DNA of 64,000 bases, taken from positions 310,001-374,000 of the forward strand of contig JAAOMT010000762.1 in the NCBI GenBank assembly GCA_016748015.1. Reading direction: 5' to 3'. Positions 24,487 to 35,063 of this stretch are shown here, piece by piece. Source of the stretch: Geosiphon pyriformis uo1 (lineage: Eukaryota > Fungi > Glomeromycota). A program made the position numbers and the translations under genes. Every line of letters starts with the position of its first letter. The first letter of the stretch is position 1. Under the pieces are notes generated by a model. It was not told the DNA's origin. It did no database searches and worked only from the letters and a program-made list of their open reading frames with translations.

Positions 24487-27400
24487 CTATACAACTATAT
24501 TAACCATAACTTTGCCAGCAGTGTCTGCAAAAAACAGACAGTCAACACTCAAGCCAAAATTGGTGGCATGACCTCTTTTTATTCCCAGCAAACAAGCAAC
24601 ACTATCTGAAATCTTAGTAAAAAGACTCTGAACAACATTATATAGAGACCCATCCTCATGTATCAATTCTTAATGCTCTATATTAGCTTAAAGTCTCAAA
24701 TTAGGCACCCAAATTTGCTCTTTATGGCCAGCAACTATATTCCAAACAAACCTGATTAGGTTACATATCGCAAGTTTAGTATTTTCAAAAGAGACTCTAG
24801 TCTCCACCAACCAATCTTCAAATACAAATTTCTTGCATAAAACCATATAGAGTTCAAAGATTAAAAAACCACGGATGATGACAAAATTACACCAGTAAGA
24901 GACTTCCAAAAAAAAGAATGCTCACTTAATAAGCCCTAATGCATTAAAAAGTCCAAGCCATAAACAAAACTATGATTTAAAAAATCCACCTCTCCACAAC
25001 ACACACACAAAACACTAGGATAATTGTAATTATACAAGCACTTTTTGACAGCCACAGACAGCTTTTTATGCAAAGTCTTCATCAAATATGTGTGCCAGAA
25101 GTGGCTTTGCTCATATATCCAGCAGACATGTGGAAATTAGAGTACCAGACTAAAACAGTACAAACCCAATTAATGTCGCCAATCTGCAAAGGATCTATAA
25201 CACTTGAACCAGGTCCAAATTTTTATTGAAAACGCCTAATAGTATTATTTGTTGATTTAATGAATCAATGTGCATTGCCAAAAATTGCCTTACCATTCAC
25301 CAATAAGAATTTTTTCTTAATATTTGCTGAAAGAACAAGCCCTAATGAGGTGGCCAGATCAGCCAACCTATCAGTGCACTCATTGCCTGATATACCAGAA
25401 TGACTTTTTACTTTAATCCAAGTAACAGAAATGTTCCTATATTTGACCAAATTACTAATATAACAGTGCTCTATCCAGCACCTGTTGTGGTAATCAGAAG
25501 CCACCAATTTCAACTCAGCCTAGCAAGCATCCAAGAATGTCTGACTGTCAGAAAAAACTGTGACTTTAGAAAAAGCTGAAACATACTTGAGAGCCAATGC
25601 AACAGCCTGCATTTCAGCCAAAATAGATAATAACAAACCATGAACTTCCACCCCTACATGCAAACCCAGATCAGAAAAATAGGTGGCAGCCCCTCCAGCA
25701 GCACTAAATGTACCAAAGTTTTTAACAGAACTATTAGTGTAAATCAAAATATCAGACAAAGAAGCATTTCTCAAATTAGAGTAGATGACATCAATACTAT
25801 TCATATCAGAAACATTCTGAATGGAAGAGTGTTCAAAAGTAGAAGGAGGATCTTTAACTAGACCACCACTCTTGACAAAATCTGAAACCAGCATAAACCA
25901 AAAGGAGACTGGGCCTCTGGAATCCAATTATTTCCAACAGTGAAAATTTTTCCAATTAAAACATTCACCATGGCTGTTTAAAAATTGATCTGCAAACATA
26001 ATTCTAAAATGTTTTAAAGATCTGTAAATCCGAAGGTATAGTGCTTGACCCAAAATATTCAAAACAGGAAAGCCATGCCTGAGATAAAAAGCATTGGGAA
26101 AGCCATTGGCCAAGAAGATCTCAATACTCAAAAAAATCTTAGTAATCCCAGCCAAAAAATTGTTTATTGAATTAACCATTAACTTAATAGGAAACTAAAA
26201 TAAGTTTCAAGGTACTCAGCCCAAAATTTGTAAATCCATTAACCTATGTTCAAAAAGTCGACTCATTATTTCTTTATTATTAGCAAACTGTAATACTGAC
26301 ACCACCTTTCCTTCTGTCTGAACTTGCTTAAAAGATTTCAAATTGTACAAAGATGGGTGGTACATGGCCTTATTAGGAAAATTCTTGGGCAAATTGGCTT
26401 TAAACTTTAAATCCTTTCTAATTATATGATTTCATTTCTTACATGTGTCTCTATTGATAAAGCTAAACTGAGTCCTGTATTCTACTATGGGCTGTAAAAC
26501 AGTTGAGACTAAATAAGAGAACTGTTTGTCCGAAATAGTTTTGCACAAAACCATAGATAAGAAAAACTTTACATTTAAATTGTTTTCTTTAAACTTGGAC
26601 CAGAAAAATCTTTAGTTGACAAAAAAATGTTCAAATACTAATGAGCCTCACCAGTCTTTGCAATTGAAATTGAAAATCTGCTAACATTTAAAGAGATATT
26701 ACTGGTTCTTGGGTTGATAAAAATGACAACTGTCTTATCTGTGTTAATCAATATATCTATTAAATCAAAGAACTCACTAGCAATATTCAAAATGTTTTGT
26801 ATCACTGTGCAACAGTTGCCAACCCAAATAGTATCATTCATGAAAGCATCAGTAGCCAAAAATAAAGTCAGACTAGCATTTGACTTAATTCTGCCCATTC
26901 TGGCCACAAATTTAGAATCAACCCAATACTCAAAAAGTAATTCATGTCTCTTGACCTTACATAACAGAGAATCATAAAAAATTCTCCACAGAAGAAGAGA
27001 AAAAACTTTACTTTGGTCCAAATCATTGTGAACTTTGTAGCTTTTAAACAAACCAAAGTCTATCATAATCTTATTTGTATAGCCATTGTGAATATGACCA
27101 AAAAATCTCACAAACTTCTTACATATCTTGATTTTCTCCAAACTGTTTTTCAAATACAACCAGCCTACTGAATTATAAGTTTTGTGCATGTCCTAAAGAA
27201 CCAACCAAAGTTCTCTGCTTTTTTCCAAAGCATCTTTTACAACAGATCTTACAACAAAGATAGAAAACTGAGTAGAAGTGCTGTTTAAAACCAAAAAATT
27301 GTCACTATGCAAAATGTTATGTGTGCTACAAGCCTTCAAAATATGATCAGACAGAATCTTTGAGAGAATTTTCTTAGCAATCTCAATAAGAGCAATAGAT

Positions 27401-29147
27401 TTGGTGTTCATTAAAACCTCTTTCCACTCATAAGGTTTCGAAATCATGAACACCCAGACTTCTTTTTAGGCATTAGAAACAGATTTACACACTAAACACA
27501 AGTTGAGCAAATGGAAAAGAAAGATCAGAACAAACATGTCACAGTGTTTCCACATTTCATTAGAGATACCAGACAATCCAGCAGCTTTTTCACCAAGAAG
27601 ATCTTTGATCACCAACAAAAACTCATCAAAATCAATTTGCTTTATTACACCAAAAAACACACCATTATCAACATAATCGAGAAGTGCAAATTGTTTTTAC
27701 CACTGAAAAGAAACAGAAGATCTAACCGTGTGCTTCTTGGTCTAATTCTCTATAAATGAATCCATTTTGTTCTTAACCAAATCCAGCTCTAAAACCAAAT
27801 CTTTATTATCAACCAGATGATTCAATATAACTTTTTTAAAAAACTTCTCCAATACACTCCTGATTATTTGACTCTTATTGTTTACAAAAGCTTCTATATG
27901 CTTAGCAATAGCTACTCTAATCCAAAAATCCTCAGTGGTCTTAGAATCCAACAATTTACGAGACCTATATAATTTCCAAAAATGAGCCAGTGATTATTCA
28001 ACTGTCACTTTGTCACAACCATTGTCCAAAGATCCTTTGAACTCCATAGCCTGGTCAAAGTCCAAGTTAACTCACTTATTGACCAAAGTCTGGAATCTCT
28101 CCAAATTATCAGACTTATATGCTTTCAAAATCTTTGCCACCAACAGTTCTAGCTTGTAAAATCTATAAGACACAGCAGATTTAACCAACCCATTATTCTT
28201 GGACTATGTCTTTACAAAAATGGCTTCTACTATAGAACACACCACCCAACAGAGCAGTGTCCACATTCCATTGATGTCACTTTTGTTTTCATGATATTCA
28301 AAGTTATCAACAGCCATTAAAGCAGCAGCCAAAAATAAATCTCCAAAGTTCTTCCAAACTTCCCCACTGATATTACCAACTCTGTATCTCTACTTATCTT
28401 TTGCAGTTTGTTTGCATACCAAATTAAGCTGAGAACTGAGAAGACCCCCCAAACCAATGTTCATTGATACAACCAAGTAATCAAAATCAAAAAATTCATC
28501 TGAACAGTAAATCTGCTGGTTAAAAAAAAACTGCAAAGACCATCACTAACTAGAATAAAGTCTATACACTTTTAAATACCTCTTGAATTGGACTATATAG
28601 GAAGCTTGTACAAAGGAAAACCTTGTAAAAAATCAAGCAAACCCAGATCCAAAAATTTTTTAAAGCTCGCATTGTAACCAGAATCATTCTTATTAAAGTC
28701 ATTACCAAGAACCACAAAAGTATTGCCATTCAAAGCCTCAGCCACCATTGAATTAACAACATGTAAGTAAGCCAGCCTTTTTTCTAAAGTAGCACTTACA
28801 TACAAGCCCAAAACAGTTACTAAAAGTTTGTTCTTGAAAAGCAACTTCACAGAAATGAGTCGACCAGACACCTCAAAAACTTTACACACATGCTGCACTA
28901 GAGAAACATTCATAATTATGGCTACACCCAAATCCACATAACCAGAATCCAAACCAGAAGTGAACACTCAGACACCATTAAACTTATTTATAATCCATGA
29001 ACAAACTTTGCCCCTCAACTTTGTCTCAGTAACCACAGAAATCATGTTGCCCATATCTCTATGCCACCAAATAATATCTTCCTGTTTGGCAAGATTGTTT
29101 ATGTCTCTGACATTACACATAGCCACTTTTCATACCAAACCACTCAT
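24487..29147 (-). pseudogene. E5 ORF2, disrupted
   Basis: TETKL, GNDFN, DQSKVFS, FMNDTIW, YTNSS, AEMQA, FSDSQ, KSHSG, NECTD. Confidence 0.9.
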
Positions 29148-31017
29148 TGAGATAAAGAAAAAGCTGAAGAACCCAAACCAGAACACAAATGATCTAATTT
29201 TTCCAAAACTAATCCAATTGAAACCTCCAGAGCTATTATTTTTGACTCTAAACTGTCTATCTTAGACATCAGAACTTGAGAACTACTTGAGCTAAAGTCA
29301 GAGATTATATTACTGGCAGCCAAAAAAAAAGAAGCAGATAGCATCAACACACTATTCAAAGTCATATCCATATTCAGATACAACACCAAAGATACAGGAG
29401 TGGCCAGAGAAGGGGCACAAGAAGGGAGTACCAATAGTACCAGTTCCACAGAACTCAACTTTTTCAAAATACCAGAAACTTGATCTGCCAAGAGCTCTAA
29501 AGAATATTCCAAAAAGACCAACCAAGCACTTAAAAACGAATCACCAGCTAAAACTAGAGAGAGACCACTATTTGAACCAGAAATGCCAGAAAAAAAAGAA
29601 CCAGAACCAGATGTGGAGCAAGAACTATCAAAACAACCAGCAAGTAAAACCACTTGGGTTCAAGATTTGCCACCAAAGACAGCAGGGCAAGATATTGGAA
29701 TGTTTCTCCTTTTATACAACTTTGCTAACTGAAGATAATGTTCATCAGAAACAACTTTTTTAAATGGCCTTGAAGGCTTAAAAATGGATGTAACTGGTGC
29801 ATCACATTCCAAAGCAGAATGATTACATTTTCCACACTTTTCACACCAAACTAGATCTATTCTTGCCCAAAAAAGTTTAACACCACCAAAAATTGGCTCC
29901 ACATAAAATACAAACTCTAATGCCTTATTAGAATCAAAACAAACAACAGTGTAGTGGATTTTGTTGCCAGTTTCCAGTGAGTGATTAATAAAGCAAGTTT
30001 TCTTACCAGCTCCTTCCAAAAAATTACCCAAATTATGAACTATAATTCTTATTGGCAGTATAAACAAAAGCACTTTATACTGATTTCTAGATGTCCAGAT
30101 CTTCCAATTATCCACAGTTTTGGCCACATGTACTGAATCTTTCCCAATCAAGAATGACCATTTTGAGACCAACAGATTAGCTTGATTAGAGTTGGTAAAC
30201 TTTACCACAGCCTTTTGTCATAACCTGATTAGTTGAATTTTGATTGATTTAATTTCTCCAAATTCAGTAACTGCAGTAACAATCATTTTTTTGGCATATC
30301 CATGAGAATTTCTTTAATTATTACAATTCAATCTGAATGCACTTCTTGTTTTTTAAGATCAGTATTTATGGCAATCCTATTTTTTTTGGCCAATAACATG
30401 GCTTTTTCTATGCTGTTTTTTGAAGTGAAGGTAGATTAGATAATTCTCTCAAATTTTGAAGGAGTAGTGGCTTCTCCAAAACCACAGATTTTTGAAAAAA
30501 TTTTTCTGATGAGCTGAGTTTTTGTCATCACTGATTTCTTTTTCATAGCCAAAAGATTAATGTTCAAAGTAAAAAATTTGTTTACAGCCACTTTTACAGA
30601 TGTTTTTACAATTTTGGAATCAATCTACTTCATATCCAGAAGTATTTTGAGGGGGGGTAGAAGGAGTTCTAATTTATCCTCCATATTATAGTTAGGAGAA
30701 CCAAGAAGAGAGCCAAAATCAGCACCAGTATTAACACACTTCACTTTAGGAGTGTTTGCGGCTAAATCCAGAATAGAACCATTATTAACACCAGATATGT
30801 TAACATTTACATCATTACCAGACAAGCTTTTTAAGAGTACATGCTACTGTCAAATCCAGATTTCAGAAAAACATCTTTTTTATCACCAGAATGTTTAACA
30901 TTCTCAAGAACAATCTTCTTTTTTTGCAAAAAGAAATCACTAGCAGGACCATAAAAAACATCCTTGAGTGTTTTTTTTAGACATGTTGCTACCCAAAGCA
31001 GCCACCAAATCCACCAT
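29144..31017 (-). pseudogene. E5 ORF1, disrupted
   Basis: Knuckle CEKCGKCNHSALEC, LEYSLELLADQVSGILKKL, ends SQ*. Confidence 0.88.
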
Positions 31018-31131
31018 GAAGAGATTATTAGTAAAAAAAATGTTGAAATAATACTAATAGAAAAAACAAAAAACTTCTTATAATAGAAATGTGCTTATTT
31101 GAGGATTTTTGGAGATAAGAAAGAAAAGAAG

Positions 31132-31200
31132 TTTTATTTTTTTTTATTTTTTATTTTTTTATTTTTATTTTTTATTTTTTTTATTTTTTTTTATTTTTTT
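31132..31200. repeat. Imperfect (T4-9 A)n low-complexity array at the E5 5' junction
   Basis: ttttattttttttt-a-tttttt-a-... between the element leader and the TSD. Confidence 0.85.
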
Positions 31201-31212
31201 TATTATAATTAT

Positions 31213-32442
31213 GTACTTAAATAGTTAAGTAATTATTGATGTTTGTGTTTTAGAATCTGTTGCTATTATTTTGGATTTTTGTAATAATTATTAGATAAAA
31301 AAGAGGCATATTGCTAATTTAATAAGAGACAAAAATTTTTTAGTTGGATAGTTAAAGATTAAAAATTATTTAGAAATTTCAAAAAACAATATAGCTAATT
31401 TACTAATAAATAAAGCCACTTGTTTTTTTCTTATTTTGTTGTATAATTTGTATAAACATTTTATTATAACTAATAACACAGCTGTATTTTATAATATTTA
31501 TTATTTTGTTTATAATTTGTACATATTTATTTGTTATGCTTAATAAAAAACTGGCTTTAATTAGGATATACTTTCTTATTTACTATTATAAAATGTAAAC
31601 TAAGTGTTAATTATGTAAGTATAACATCCAAATTTACATATGTTATCTGAATTTATTAATAAAAAATCAGCCAATCTGTACACTTATTTAATAAAGACTA
31701 TATATATAAGACTTTCAATTAAAGTTAGAAAAAAATTATACAACAAAACCTATTCAAATGTTTTATGCTTGCTATACAATAAAATAAAACTGTTTAACTA
31801 TGTATTTACTTGTGTTAAAAATGCTAATGTTTATAAAAAGATCTTTTTTAAAATTTCTAAACACTAAAAGTTATTAACAGATATTAATATTTTCTTTTTT
31901 TCTGTAGTTTTGCAGATTTTTTTTTTGTGTTTATAATATATAAATTTGTATATAGTAGTTGATAAAAGTTTTGTATTAAAAAAATGAATTTTAGAATCTA
32001 TTACAATTATTAATAATAGAAAAAAAGCTATTTTAGTTATTTTGAATATTATAAAAAGTTTAGTAAAACTGTATTATACAAAAATTTGGCTTTTAAATTT
32101 AGATATAAAGTTAATATAAAAAAAACTAGTTTGGTTAAAGATAAAATATAGTGTTTAATTTGTTATGTATATTAGTAAATAGATTTTTAAATAGTATAGT
32201 TTATTTGTTAAAAATTATGAAGTTTTTTACAATTAATTTTTGTAAATACAATCTGTGTTCTTTTTTTTTAATTTAGAAAATAAAATTATGATTTATATAA
32301 ATATATAGTAATATTTTATTTGATTTAAATGGCTAAATACATATAATAAAAGTGTAAATTGTATTTAATATAAATTATTTAGTCTGGTTTTATATATTAA
32401 ATAATAATTGGACTTTACTTATTAAATAAAAAGAAAAAAAAA
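31213..32442 (+). mobile_element. E2 segment 4 of 4 (RNase H C-terminal part, Zn finger, 3' UTR, A tail)
   Basis: YLNS*VIIDVCVLE continues RNase H. ORF 31640-31867 carries a decayed finger (NVLCLLYNKIKLFNYVFTC). Stop at 32306-32308, decayed 3' UTR, A-run 32434-32442. Confidence 0.88.
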
Positions 32443-32961
32443 TTATATTAGTTGTTTTTTATAAATAGTAAAATATTTACAATATTTTTTTATATATTTT
32501 ATAATATTATTTATTTTAAGCTTAATCTTAACAAAATTCAAAATAATAATATAAATTTTAACTAAATAATTTAAAATAATCTTCTTAAAAAAATATTTTA
32601 ACACATTTTTAATTATTTAATTTTTGTTTATAAAGAAGTTTTTACGTATTTAATAATATTAATATTAATAAAATCTTATTGTATTAATTTTTTTTATTTT
32701 AAAAACTTTTTATAAATTTTTTATGCTTTTAATTAATTGTTTTACAAAAAACAGTTTTTTTAAAATATATTATTAAACCAAAACAGTTTTTTTTCTATTA
32801 TATTTTCTTAAAAATTTAAAAATTTAATATATTTAATTTTATTATTCAATTTAAAACTTTTAATAAACTTTAAAATTAATTTTTCTAATTTATAAAATCT
32901 AGAAAAAAATTTATTAAAATTATTATTATTATATTATATTTTTTTAAAAATATTATTAACT

Positions 32962-32974
32962 AAATTAAGCAAGA
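32962..32974 (+). repeat. TSD of E6, left copy (AAATTAAGCAAGA); right copy 39883-39895
   Basis: Exact 13-bp direct repeat flanking E6. Confidence 0.92.
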
Positions 32975-33107
32975 AAGACAGCTAATAAAAACTTTTTCTT
33001 GTCGATCTTCTGGCCATAACAAGAGTAAAAAATTTTTTTTTTAAGTTTTAGCTTTTCTTTTTCTCTTTTCTTTATTAGTTATTTTTTCAAACACACTTAA
33101 TTTTGTT

Positions 33108-35063
33108 GTGATAGAACTGGTAAAAATAGTTGCTGGTGTTTCTGGCTCTGGTTTGACTGGTTTGAAGACCCAATTGAGCACTAAAAAGAAATGTGTAGAC
33201 AGTATCTACTTTTGTGATGCATCTTACAAGAAGCCTAAGAAGCCTGTTGCCAATGATATTGTTGACTTATCTGCTGGCTCATTAAGCTTGGTAGATATTA
33301 GTGGTGTTAATAGCAAACCTGTAGTGTTCTGGGGCAGCAAAGTTGGCAGCATTGAGAGTAGCATTAACAGTTTTTTTGATCTAAAGAATATAAAGAACAT
33401 GGTTGCAGAGAAAACAAGTTATACAGATTTAGATGATTTTGTTAATAATGAGAACATGAGTAAGACTACTCCAAGAAAAACTCAAACTCAAACTTATGTG
33501 TTGGGCCATCTACTGAAAGCATTTTTATTTAGTAATCTAAGTAATGATAGTGATGCTCTGGGGCTTTCTTTTTCTAAGTTTAATGGTTCTAATTAGCTGC
33601 TGTCTGTTAAATCATATGTTCTGGAAAGATGAAGCTTCAAACCAGTTAAATTTTTTGTATTAGATGTGGAATTGGCTGCTGTGTCTGGAAAAACTAATGA
33701 TAATAAGTTGATTTCAATCAAGAAAATTTTTTATTAAATTGATGGTTTTGGGAGGGCATCAACTTCCTCAAAATTTTCAGAAATTATTAAAGCTTTATTT
33801 ACTTCTAAATCTAGTATGAATAAGACAAAAAAATTAGCAATCCGTGAAAAAATTATGGTCAATAATGATTTCAAAAACATAAATAGCCATTTGGATCAGG
33901 AAATAATTGTCAAAAAGATTTCAGTTGATCTTTTCAAATTGGCTGTAGAATCAGTTTTTTCTAAGTTTAATAAGATTGTGTCAATCAAAATACAACTGAT
34001 TGGTTTATGGCAAAAGGCTTTGGTAGAATATGAATCATCTAAAATAGCTGATTTGGTTACAGTTAAATGGTTTGTTTTCATGGAAAAAGACTCTGTTTGT
34101 GTAACAAAAGCTATTGGTAACAAACAAATATGAGTGTTTAGAGACCAGTATTAGACTTTGTTATACACACTTCTAGTTGACATTACTGCTTATAATTTAT
34201 CTAATTTGTTGGTTTCTTATGATAGAAAAACTTACATCATTGGCCATAATCCAAATTCATATATGCATAATAGGTGTGCTGTAGTGTGTTTTAAGAATGA
34301 GACATCTAAATTGGCTGTTATTGGCTCTATTCCAGTGTTTAAGAATGTGAATTTGTATTAGGCTGGTTTTTCTTTGGCCTGTTGTGCTTGGTATAAACAA
34401 TTTGGTCATATTTTTGTTAATTGTATAGTGGGTAGGAATCCTGGTGGTTATGGTAAGCAGGTGGTAACTTCTTAGAATTGTGTTTGCTTGGCCAACATTT
34501 ATAAGAAAAAGCAGACACCTATTGCTTGTTTGGTTTCTTTTGGTGGCAAGATTTGGGCCCAAATTGCTGGTAATTCTTTTTTTTGTATAATCTTGTCAAT
34601 TTTTTTTGGTGCTGGTTTGTCTTTAGATGCAAAACCCATTTCAATGGTTTCTAATCCTCTTAAAAATTTCTGTTTAATTGATTATGTGACTTTTTTGGAA
34701 TGCTCTTTAGAGCTTTTGGCAGATCAAATTTCTGTTATTGTGAAAAAATTAAGCTTTGTAAAATTGGTGTCTCTGGCATCTATGTTTTATGTCTCTTCTT
34801 TGGTTGCTCCAGCATTTTTGGCCTCTAATTTGAATTTAAATATGGCTCTAGATAATATGTTGATGTCTTTTATTTCTCCTCTTTTGGTTGTTGTAAATAC
34901 AGTTGCTAACTTTAGTTCAAGTAGTTCTAAGATTTTGACCATCAAGATGGATGAGTTAGAATCTAAAATGGTAGCTTTAGAAGTGTTAGTTGAATTAGTT
35001 TTGGAAAGATTGGATTGCTTGTGCTCTGATTTGGGTTCATCAGCTCCTCTTATTTCTTAATGA
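33108..35063 (+). pseudogene. E6 ORF1, disrupted (distinct N-terminus)
   Basis: RRM-like EIIVKKISVDL...KIQLIGLWQKALVEY and LECSLELLADQIS. Ends tct-taa-tga. Confidence 0.85.

Larger units (their letters stand above)
24356..31200 (-). mobile_element. Full-length LINE copy E5 nested in E2 (antisense), divergent ORF2 subfamily, (TAA)n plus A tail
   Basis: Minus-strand ORF1 and ORF2 fragments, 3' UTR at 24372-24486, leader at ~31060-31135, 12-bp TSD. Confidence 0.93.
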
